Of a stretch of DNA of 64,000 nucleotides, positions 52,661-64,000 are shown piece after piece. The notes beneath the pieces are model-generated. The model had not been told where the DNA came from. It ran no database searches and saw nothing but the letters and a program-made list of their open reading frames with translations. Positions within the stretch are counted from its first letter, which is position 1; every line of letters begins with the position of its first letter. A program made the translations under genes and the position numbers. The DNA is from Eledone cirrhosa (Eukaryota), in assembly GCA_964016885.1 (NCBI GenBank), contig OZ024755.1:20336001-20400000 (forward strand). Reading direction: 5' to 3'.

Positions 52661-54364
52661 CAATCACGCAAACGTTAAATTAACTCATACGATTAACTTG
52701 AAATCTAGAAAAATGTAATCATCGTGTAATTAATAAAGAAAAAAGGAGAATACATACAACATAAAAAGATTGTTATATGTTTACATTAAAAGATTCTGTG
52801 TTTTACGACCTAACGTGATCAAAGTAAAGCAATTAGACAATGTCAACTATGAGAGTTTGAAACGAGACCAAAAGGAAAAAAGTATATAAAGTCAAACCTT
52901 GTTATCACATCAAAATTTATTGTACCTCTAGATTCTAACTTACCCCGTTATGACAATATCAGCCGACATTTTTAGTGACGGAAATTTAGTTAAGGACATA
53001 AAGGAGAGTTGGGTATGTTTATCAATGAATAAACGGATGATAGGAAAACTGATATCTTATGATAGATTAATTAGAATTTGGGATTATCATTTATTTACCT
53101 TTAATTACATAATTGTCTACAGAGAAATAATTAATGATTTCTCACATAAGCACAAGACCAGTAGTTTTGTGGGTGAAATCTAGTCGATTTAATGAACGTT
53201 AGTAATAATGAATATGAAAACAAAGAAAAAAATATAAGCCATAAATTAAAAGGCTGATTATTAGATTAGTTAGATAATTAGCTCTAGGATGGAAATAGAG
53301 ATATTATAGTTAGCATGATGATTTACAATATATATTTGGTCACATAAAAAGTAGAGCCGATAATTACATCAATGTGTAGCTATTGTGTGTATGACTTATG
53401 ACCATATCGATTGGCTTCTGTGTCAAACGTTAGCTATTTATAATTTACATCTGGCCGTATAAAATGAGCTTCAGAAAAGCCCATATTTTCTTATGAGCTT
53501 ATATAGTTTCATGTAGTTTCAACTATATCATGTAGCTGTTATAGTTTTACTTTGTGACTTAAAGAGCAAATAGATACTCTTTTATACTTGATTACTGGTT
53601 TTATATATTCGGTTGTAATTCCATGCCGGATAATCTCCAGGGTACACTGGAAGATAGTGATAAGAAAAGGAAGAGTTTACTCTGCTCATATGTCAATAAA
53701 AGTCACCGATATCTCATCTTAAATCTAGGAGATAAATATCAGATACGTATAAATGTATAGAGATTAATGTGATTAAAATTTCTATGGTATTGTCGAAGAC
53801 TTGGTCTTTTATTCTTTTGAGTTACATTCCTTGCAATAATGTCAATCGATTGTCTGTATACTCCTTCAGCAGCAATTATGGACCCTCATGGTAAAATGAA
53901 TAAGAAATATTTAACCATTTCATGTAAGAAGTATCAACCATTTAAATCAACCATTTCAGATTGAATTGAAGTAATAAATCTCTAGCTATCAGCAATTGGC
54001 TAATAGAAAACGATAGATAAATCGTGATAACTTTTGAAGTAGATGAAAAGAAATCTGACATATTAAACTACTAACTCGATGGTTGATTTGCTACACTATG
54101 AGTTGACCAATCCTAAAAAATTAAGTAAATTTCTTTAGATTTTTACTTTCTTATTTTGTTTCTTTATTCTCCTTCCTTTTCCCATTCTTTTTACAGTTGT
54201 TTTATTTTATTTAAATTCTACCTCTCGTTTTTTTCTCAACCTTTCTACGTTTTATCTCTATTCTACTTTTTTCATCTCGATTTGGTTTAATAGTTTTGTT
54301 ACCGTTGTATTCTTTTATGTAAATGAATTATATCAATTCCTCCTGACATATAAAATAGTTGTTA

Positions 54365-55092
<728 letters not shown>

Positions 55093-55493
55093 GGTGAACA
55101 TAAACGGTACAGTATATTAGTTTAACGCTTATATATATTAGTTTAACTCATATATATATATATATATATATAAAAATTACATCGGAGTATATCACATATA
55201 CATGGCTGCATTTTATGGTTAAATATTATTCCAATAGTAGTTAAAATGCGACTGAATCTGCTACACCAAACACGTCATACAGTAAGGTATTCCCACAAAC
55301 TTATGAAAAAGTACAACGATATGAGTAATAATTTCGAAGCGGTGAGTCGTGATAAATAAAGTTCAAAGAAAATGTAGGAAAATCTGACGCAGAAAATAAT
55401 AAACACAGTTAGGTGCTATAAATAATAGCTTAGAAAATCAGGTAAAATACCCCTTTAGACGGCAAGAAAAGTCAAAAGTAGAAGATATATGTA

Positions 55494-55494
55494 T

Positions 55495-55556
<62 letters not shown>

Positions 55557-55595
55557 GAGAGAAAGAGAGAAAGAGAGAGAGAGAGAAAGAGAGAA

Positions 55596-55636
<41 letters not shown>
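55494..55636. repeat. (GA)n microsatellite
   Basis: Directly visible. Confidence 0.95.
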
Positions 55637-55726
55637 ACCATATATCCAGAGAGGACACAGTATATTGTACATATACTAAATACATATTAAAGAGAAGAAT
55701 ATGTACTCTTGGGGGAATAAAAAATG

Positions 55727-55846
55727 ACCCTATAGCGCTATTTCGTTAACTGTAGACTGTAATTTAAAATCAGTTTACGTAATCGGTTATCGATCATAAA
55801 CTATCGATTATAATTAAACAGTAGACTCAGAAAATTCTTCAGGGGT
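55727..55846 (-). ncRNA. Hammerhead ribozyme-like motif with long, degenerate stem II
   Basis: Minus: ACCC-CUGAAGA-[~90 nt]-GAAA-UAGCGCUA-UA-GGGU; palindromic stem III and 4-bp stem I; stem II base poorly paired. Confidence 0.45.
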
Positions 55847-55936
55847 GTAGTCTACAGCATTCTAATGTCTATTGAGCTTGTTTATTGAGAAACACATAAT
55901 TCTAACACATCTGATATGTTAAATATATTTAATGAT

Positions 55937-56060
55937 AAGGGTTGAGATCGATATCCAGCGAGTTCGATACATATATATATATATATATATATTATCATAC
56001 ATATACATACATACACACACATATATATATATATATATATTATCATACATATACATACAT

Positions 56061-56109
<49 letters not shown>

Positions 56110-56162
56110 CATACATATACATACATACATACATATATATATATATATTATCATACACATAC

Positions 56163-56200
<38 letters not shown>

Positions 56201-56351
56201 TATCATACATATACATACATACATATACATACATATATATATATATATATTATCATACATATATATATATATATATATTATCATACATATACATACATAT
56301 ATATATACATACATATATATATATACAAGGGTTTAGATCGATATCCAGTGA
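55937..56351. repeat. tatcatacatatacatac(ta)n minisatellite between 25-bp direct repeats
   Basis: aagggttgagatcgatatccagcga versus aagggtttagatcgatatccagtga. Confidence 0.85.
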
Positions 56352-56392
56352 CTTCTTAGTTTTGGAATATATATATATATATATATATATAT

Positions 56393-56997
56393 ATGGTGGC
56401 TGCCAACTCGTTTTCGAGTACGGCCACTACTTTATATCCATGTAGGAGAACCCCTACCGATGCGCTGAACAAGTGTGACTTTTTAGTCCAGCCAGCGACT
56501 TGAAAACTCTGGTACAAACACTACACTTGTGACAATTATTGACACAGTGCTGGGCCCATGGTACTATGTGACGACACGTGCAGAGAGATCTCCAGATATA
56601 AAGCAATGCCTGTGCCGTGAAGCTTTTATAGTGAGCAAAGGCACCGCACAAAGCCAGTCCCACTCTCTTAACCAATATGATATTTACCAAAAAGAAGAAC
56701 AAGTCAACATCATTGGATACCATCAGGGTTGCAGGTGTTATATCAGAGTTTTCCTTCTCCTAGAATTCTGCCTTGACAAAGGGTAAGGGGTCATCTCTTC
56801 CGGTGATTTTGGATGGCTATTGACTCTTAAGAGCTCCTTTGCCCTTTGACAGGTTTTGTTTTTAGTCCTGCAGGATGTCCAAAGTCACCCTCCTCACCAA
56901 GAAACCTTGGTGGGGTTGCCAGTTTAGTCGCCAACGACCCGACCATGAGACAGGTTGTACTGGGATACATGTTACCAGTAGCACCAACTGGTGACCT
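56393..56997 (-). mobile_element. Non-autonomous RTE-derived element, copy 4 (full length), inserted in (TA)n
   Basis: Homologous to 5998-6602 end to end; followed by a TA/TACA microsatellite to ~57475. Confidence 0.85.
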
Positions 56998-57028
56998 TAT
57001 ATATATATACACACACACACACCCACCC

Positions 57029-57059
<31 letters not shown>

Positions 57060-57321
57060 CTTATATACATGCATATATATCTATACATATATATATATAT
57101 ATACATACATACATACATGCATATACATATATATATACATACATACATACATGCATATATATCTATACATATATATATACATACATACATACATGCATAT
57201 ATATCTATACATATATATATACATACATACATACATGCATATATATCTATACATATATATATACATACATACATACATCTATATATATACATCTATATAT
57301 ATACATACATATATATACATC

Positions 57322-57471
<150 letters not shown>

Positions 57472-57521
57472 CATAGTTTGGTTTGGAAAGGTCTCGCTGC
57501 CAATAAAATACAAAAATGAAG

Positions 57522-57572
<51 letters not shown>

Positions 57573-58061
57573 GTGTCCATTCCATCTACATAATTCATAT
57601 ACAATAATTAAATGTCTCATTCGCTACATTAAATGAGAAAATATTTAGTTGCAGTAATATTTAAATGAATCAAAATGTACACAAAACAATAGTTTTAAGA
57701 ACAAAAGATAAATTCTGTTTGAATGAGGCTACTTGTAGTTTATTACTTTGTTTTATGCAACCCAGTATGGATAAAATGTACATCATATGGGTCTTAACAC
57801 AAACTATAAAAGACTTATGTTATACAGGAAGATATTTTCTTACATGCACCAACAATCATGCCAAGCCACCACTTACAATCCTGCTTAATATTAACATACG
57901 GGCTATGTAACATGTTCCTAAGATGGAGGAACAGGCAACACAGTGCAGCTGTGTTGCCGCTTTTTATCTTAAATCGTACCACATTTATCGCATTGTCGAG
58001 GCCTTCGAATTACATACCTTCTTATACATAACGTTGCTTCAAGAAAATTACAACTCTCTCT

Positions 58062-58092
<31 letters not shown>

Positions 58093-58093
58093 T

Positions 58094-58271
58094 ATTCAGG
58101 ACCCTGACGGCTGAGCTCCTTCCGTTTCAACAGCTAGGTCCAAACTGACCTAGCTGTTGAAACGGTAATAGCTCAACCACCGGGGTCCCGAATTTTTCAT
58201 ATTACCCACTCTACTATCCCAAATATCGAGTACTTTGGTGAGTAATGGTCTAACTGGTTTTTACTGCATCC
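58094..58271 (+). mobile_element. Microsatellite-flanked hairpin element, copy C (older)
   Basis: Perfect 19-bp inner stem ccgtttcaacagctaggtc / gacctagctgttgaaacgg, imperfect outer arms, tail attacccactctacta...gagtactttggtg; (TA)n on the left, (GA)n on the right. Confidence 0.75.
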
Positions 58272-58276
58272 AATCT

Positions 58277-58312
<36 letters not shown>

Positions 58313-58364
58313 GAGAGAAAGAGAGAGAGAGTGTGTGTGTGTATGTATGCATGCACGTATGTTA

Positions 58365-58622
58365 TCTCTTTCTCTTAATTTCGAGTATATTTTTTTGACC
58401 GGCCACCTTCCTGGTGGCAAGGTTGTAAAAGAAAAGAAATTGTCATCCCTTGAATCGCAAGAATGTTTTGCAAATTTTGAAGGTGCCAGCTATCGCAGCC
58501 ATTTGTAGATTATGAATTAGGGAGCTGCGCTCTTTGTCCGCAAATCCAAGTTCAGTCATACTTTGGTCCAAGCGGGTTGGTATATAACCCGTAGCTCCAA
58601 TAATGATGGGTATGAAGCTAAA
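58365..58622 (-). mobile_element. 3' fragment of an R4/Dong-clade RLE retrotransposon
   Basis: Manual translation 58622-58443: [27 protein letters not shown]...IHNLQMAAIAGTFKICKTFLRFKG*, matching the PIIIGA.G.IP...LQ..AI.GT.KI C-terminus; microsatellites on both sides. Confidence 0.75.
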
Positions 58623-59680
58623 GGTGTATGTATGTATATGTGTATGTGTGTATATGTGTATGTGTGTATGTGTGTATGTGTGTATGTGTGTATGTGTGTA
58701 TGTGCGTATATGTGTATGTGCGTATATGTGTATGTGCGTCTGCGCGTCTGCGCGTCTGCGTGTGTGCGTGTGTGCGTGTGTGCGTGTGTGCGTGTGTGCG
58801 TGTGTGCGTGTGTGCGTGTGTGCGTGCGTGCGTGCGTGCGTGCATGTCTTGAATCAATGATCATAAACTTTGTTGAAAATAAGCCGTAAATTCGTTACAA
58901 TATTCGATAAAATCATATTATATCGCACGTATTTCAGTAAAAGTTATCACTATTTCTACAATCTTCGTAGTGATATATGACTACAGAGCCAGATTTAGTA
59001 TCGGTTTTTGTTTGAAAGCATAAATTTTCTAGAAATTCATGTCAAGTGTCCATCATTTCCTCACTTTTCCAATTAAAAGCCTTTAACACAAATAATTATA
59101 AGACTCTTACATCGAATCATGAAACGTTGCCAAGATAGGAAATAAATTAGACGAAAGAAGTAAGGAAGAAAAAAATAATCCAAATTCAATTCAGATCTTG
59201 GGGAAACTTCTGGACACTTTCCATTTTAGCCTAGATTTCGTGGTGAGGCTATGAGTAATTTTTGCGTGTGAATGCCCGACATACGAGCTAAGCAACCATT
59301 ATATTCATATGTTGATGTTTTGTATGTTATTTGGACACGCCACAGACATCGCTGAATATTTTGGAGGCGTACTAGTTGTTAGTTCACTGAACTTTCTTTG
59401 TTAGCAATATGGCTGGCGATAATCTTGTACAGGAAAAGCAAGAAGGAAAGCACGCGGCAACTACACACACACACATATATATAGAGGTAGGTAGGTAGGT
59501 GTGTGCGTGCGTGCGTGCGTGCGTGTGCGTGCGTGCGTGCGTGTGCGTGCGTGCGGATCTGTGTTGTACATATACAACTATATACATACAAAGACAAACT
59601 ATTCTCAGTAAAATGTACTGTGCCCTTTGCTTTGTTATTTCTGTTTATGTGTGACGTGTGTGTGTGTGTGTGTACATATA

Positions 59681-59850
59681 CCGTATTTCCAGGTGCCGAA
59701 GACACCTCGTCTTCGAGGAGGCAAGCCTAATTTTGACAACCAAAAATTTGAAAAAAAAATAATAAACAACCTTCGGCCTCCAGGACGTATGGTAGATTTT
59801 TGAGACTTATTTTAGGGAAAATGTAGCATCTTTGACACCGGGAAATACAG
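59681..59850. mobile_element. Tc1/mariner (Tc2/pogo-like) MITE
   Basis: TA-ccgtatttccaggtgccgaaga ... tctttgacaccgggaaatacag-TA. Confidence 0.7.
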
Positions 59851-59931
59851 TAGTTAATTTATATAACTATTTTCCTAATTCGCTATTCTCCGTAAATAGA
59901 TACGGAATAACACGAGAAGATACAATTATTT

Positions 59932-60500
59932 CATATATTGTTATATAGTAAACATTCTACTGCATATATTGTTATATACTAAACATTTATTTCATATATT
60001 GTTATATGCTAAACATTTATTTCATATATTGTTATATACTAAACATTTATTTCATATATTGTTATATAGTAAACATTTATTTCATATATTGTTATATAGT
60101 AAACATTCTACTGCATATATTGTTATATACTAAACATTTATTTCATATATTGTTATATGCTAAACATTTATTTCATATATTGTTATATACTAAACATTTA
60201 TTTCATATATTGTTATATAGTAAACATTTATTTCATATATTGTTATATAGTAAACATTCTACTGCATATATTGTTATATACTAAACATTTATTTCATATA
60301 TTGTTATATACTAAACATTTATTTCATATATTGTTATATAGTAAACATTCTACTGCATATATTGTTATATACTAAACATTTATTTCATATATTGTTATAT
60401 ACTAAACATTTATTTCATATATTGTTATATAGTAAACATTCTACTGCATATATTGTTATATACTAAACATTTATTTCATATATTGTTATATACTAAACAT
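59932..60500. repeat. 30/31-bp AT-rich minisatellite, ~19 units
   Basis: catatattgttatata(c/g)taaacatt(tattt/ctactg). Confidence 0.95.
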
Positions 60501-60620
60501 TCGACTTCAATCAGTATTTCTCAGAAATGATTCAAGATAATGTTTAAGAAAACAATAATTAAATCTTATTTCACCTTCTCTCGGCTTGAACTATGTTTAT
60601 ATATTACATAATTGTCTATT

Positions 60621-60666
60621 ATATGTACTAATGAGGGATTACATCCAGAAACAGCTGTCTGTGAAT
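60621..60666 (+). ncRNA. Degenerate minimal hammerhead-like motif
   Basis: CUAAUGA-GGGA UUACA UCCA-GAAA-CAGCUG-UC; G5A core change, weak stem I. Confidence 0.35.
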
Positions 60667-60710
60667 ATAGGAATTTAAATATATGTGTGCGCGTCTCTGG
60701 TTGCGCGCGC

Positions 60711-60860
60711 CTGTGTGTGCGCGCGCCTCTGTGTGTGCGCGCGCCTCTGTGTGTGCGCGCGTCTCTCTATGTGTGCGCGCGTCTCTCTATGTGTGCGCGC
60801 GTCTCTCTATGTGTGCGCGCGTCTCTCTATGTGTGCGCGCGTCTCTCTATGTGTGCGCGT
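60711..60860. repeat. 20-bp minisatellite gtgtgcgcgcgtctctctat
   Basis: Directly visible. Confidence 0.9.
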
Positions 60861-61674
60861 TTGTATTCCTCACACACTTCATTTTATTTACTTATGTACA
60901 AGATAATTGAACAACACCTATGCTGATTCCACATGGAAATATATTCAAAAATATGGAAATATCTTAAGTGCATTCCAATTTCAAATTTGTTTTACAAAGC
61001 ACAAAATCACTCACATGTATATGTGTATGCGTGTGTTGTTGTTTTTTTGTTTTTGTTTTTTGTCTTTCTGATGTGAGAATGTTTGTGTGGCAAACATCAT
61101 AAGACAATTTTTCGTCAACTTCTCCCATTCCGACCGAACCGCCATATTTTATATTTATTTTACATGTTTATAAACGAACAACAAAATATATCAATCTGAC
61201 TAACAATATATGATTTTAAATTACCTTATTCATAATGAATTTCTATACGTTTACAACTGGGATATTAATTATACACTATGAACTCATTAATTCACAAATT
61301 ATATCTCTTTCCGGGAATAAATTTATATATTTAAACGTTTTTCCATCTTCAATGAAATATCAAATGAATTCTCAATTGCCACCATTTTATACTGTAACGC
61401 AAAGTTTTCTATTTAGAGTATTTAGTATAATTTACTTATTTTAATTTTGGCTGTTTTAATATCAATCGTACTCTCTTCAATAAACAGGACATGAGATTTT
61501 GCAGATATGTTTTGGGTTTTTTTTTATTATTATCATTATTATTCTTCCGGCAAAATACTTTAGGAAAAATCAAAGTTGGAAAAGTTGAGCAAATGAAGGC
61601 AATGGAAATCAGCATCCCTGTTTCAATCCCTAGCTGAAGCATGTCCACTAATTTTTATGTTGTATGTGTATATA

Positions 61675-61967
61675 TGTATGGTCCCGTAACTCCTGATAGA
61701 GTGGTAGGGGCGCCGTATTGACATACGGTGTTTCTTGGCCATTTTAAGTCTGGCGGAGCCCATCCCTCTCAGACCTGAGTACAGCAGATTTCTTCCGGAG
61801 AGGGGAAGAATAGACCCCAGTACTAGACTGATACTTTTTTTTATCGACCTTGAAAGAATGGTGGCAAAGTTGACCTCGGCGGGATTTGAAGTCCGAGAGC
61901 AGAGAGCCGGAACAAATACCATAAGGCATTCTATCAGACGTTCTAACGACTCTGCCAATTCGACGCC
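61675..61967 (-). mobile_element. SINE with family-1-like head and the alternative tail
   Basis: Homologous to 18001-18292. Confidence 0.75.
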
Positions 61968-62602
61968 TGATGTTAGTAAATGTTAAATGGAGAAACTGAT
62001 GTAATGACTTTGCTTATAATGACACAACTACAATTCTCAGACTTCACATCTGTTTGAACTTACCAATTAGTGTGACTACAAAGTAAATAAGGCTATTTCA
62101 AAAATATATTATAGTAATAAGCAAAATGAATATTTAAACTAAACTTTTTCCTCTTAGCTCTTTATAAGTTCTAGAAGATGTACTTTTCGGATTTCTAAGA
62201 TATTCCATACTAGATAACACATCAAATATATACTTAGAATAAAATTAAGAAATGTAGAAAATAAAAATAACGTTTATTGTTATGAGAAATATTCGAAAAC
62301 TACATGAAAACCGCTTTCTTTTTGCAATATTGCTTCTAGCACTATGTTTAATTAAAAATCCGTAAGTACTATGTTCCTTTTTTTTATCATCTAAGACTTA
62401 GAATCTAAGTACTCAACACATAAAATGTTTTTTTCTTTCATCTAAGTGCTCAACACTAGAAAGGAATACAGTATGTTGTCCGACGCTCTGCCGATACTGA
62501 CAATTCACCGCCTTTAACTAAAATAAATAACACCATAAAAACCACAACTATCATTATCGAACATTTTACTTCCCTACTATTCTGATCAACCATTATTATC
62601 AT

Positions 62603-63160
62603 CCGACGCCATGCTTTCCAGCATAGTTACGTCCCTTTACGATCTGAGTTCAAGTCCCGCCGAGGTTGACTTTGCCTTTCATCCTTACGGAGTCGATGAA
62701 ATAAAGTACCAGTAATACACTGGCATAATTGCTGGCCTTGTGCCAAAGGTAGAAGCAATTATTATCATCAATCATAGAGTTGCGTCTCTTTACGTTCTGA
62801 TTTCAAATCTCGCCGATGTTGGATTTACTTTTCATCATTACGGGGTCGATAAAATAAAGTAGCAGTAATGCAATGGGGTTGATTTAATCGACTTTCAACA
62901 AATTGTTAGCCTACGTTACTAAATCAGAAACCATAATTAAGCCAATGGATAGGGTGGTGGATCGTAAGAGCGTCGGACAACATGCTCTGCGGCATATAAT
63001 TTGCGGCCCTTTATGCTCTGCGTTCAAATCCCACCGAGGTTAGCTTTTTTTTTTCATCCGTATAAGTCAATAAAATAAAGTACCAGTAACGCACTGGGCG
63101 GTTTAATCGACTTTCCTCTTCCCCAAAATTGTTGGCCTTGTGCTAAATCAGACACAATTA
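62603..63160 (+). mobile_element. Three tandem SINE family 1 copies
   Basis: Consensus matches; attattatcatc flanks the first copy. Confidence 0.85.
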
Positions 63161-63706
63161 CTATCATCAATAACAATTTCTCGTAAGAACACTTTCCATT
63201 CAGCAAGACTGTATAACTAGGTTATAATCAAAATTGATAACAAGATATACCAGTTAATCATTCCTTCGATTCTCATGCTACAATGAGATGGTTCTGAAAT
63301 TGCTATAATTCCCAGAATTATTTTCATAAACTCATAAGTAGCATGCTGTTAATTGTTGCTAATTGCACAGAGTTTCAGGATGACTTAGTTTGAAATAATA
63401 AAGAGCATATAATTTGTTTCGGCAGCTTTAATTTTCTATCTGTGTTCGTAATTAGGATTAAATAAAAATAAATCTCTGGGTAAATTCCTTTGTTCGTTCT
63501 TGCTTGCAAATCAAATCAATGTTGTTTCATAATAACATATGGTATGGAGCTATGGATACATAAAGATGCAACGTTGTCTGCTTTCAGCAGCAGGTGTTGC
63601 GTTATATATTAATTAAAGTCGCAATGAAAGCCTAAAAGAAAAATGCATATCAAAACATCAGGATTCTTAATAGGATTATTCGGTGTGTGCGCGCGTGTGC
63701 GTGTGA

Positions 63707-64000
63707 TGGACTCTCCCGTCGATATCCGACGGATGAGTGCCCAACAAAAGTTAAATGTGAGAAAGTGAACTGATGCTGAACTACCCACACAAAGTTTTGT
63801 TTTAAGGGGTGAAGGCTTGTGTAGGACAAACCATACTTTTGGGAACTGACGACACATATCCTCGGTGCAAATGTTTGCCACGGAAAATACCACAGCCCTC
63901 AGCTTTTTATGCCTCGGAGTTTAACCTCTCCGTATAAAAGAAAACACTATTTGGATGGCCGTTGACTCTCTGCTGAATTCCTCCGCCCCTTGCCGGGTGT
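63707..64000 (-). mobile_element. Probable second non-autonomous RTE-derived element, running off the window
   Basis: tttggatggccgttgactct...gccccttg matches the 605-bp element; 3' hairpin ccgtcg gatatc gacgg region followed by a CA/CG tail. Confidence 0.45.

Noticed and set aside
57760-57910. YIA..KWWLGMIV..VHFIH motif on minus resembling a DNA transposase C-terminus
   Set aside because: Needs several frameshifts; cannot be supported without BLASTX.

Overview
AT-rich eukaryotic genomic DNA that looks intergenic or intronic. The repeat complement points to a coleoid cephalopod, probably an Octopus species (inference): very long TA/CA/TACA microsatellites, a dense tRNA-derived SINE family and several RTE-type LINEs. 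I could not support any intact host gene, and nearly all ORFs in the supplied track are microsatellite artefacts. Recognisable content: 5'-truncated non-LTR retrotransposon fragments of several clades (RTE with an in-RT PHD finger, a second RTE family, RTE zinc-finger ends, L1/Tx1, CRE, R4/Dong, Penelope GIY-YIG); four copies of a ~605-bp non-autonomous RTE derivative; >25 SINE copies; mariner, piggyBac, hAT and Tc2-type MITEs; and several minisatellites. The most interesting signals are structural RNA/DNA. (i) Five or six minimal hammerhead-ribozyme motifs sit in short non-coding elements, most of which end at microsatellites. (ii) A three-copy family of ~190-bp microsatellite-flanked elements carries long fold-back hairpins whose sequence differs between copies while pairing is preserved. 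(iii) Further fold-back inversions are centred on SINE hairpins. (iv) An HDV-like ribozyme vestige starts exactly at the shared 5' end of the RTE derivative. (v) A 60/63-bp array reads both as tandem branch-point/3'-splice sites and as an in-frame KK-punctuated peptide repeat. All calls were made by eye; no database searches were run.
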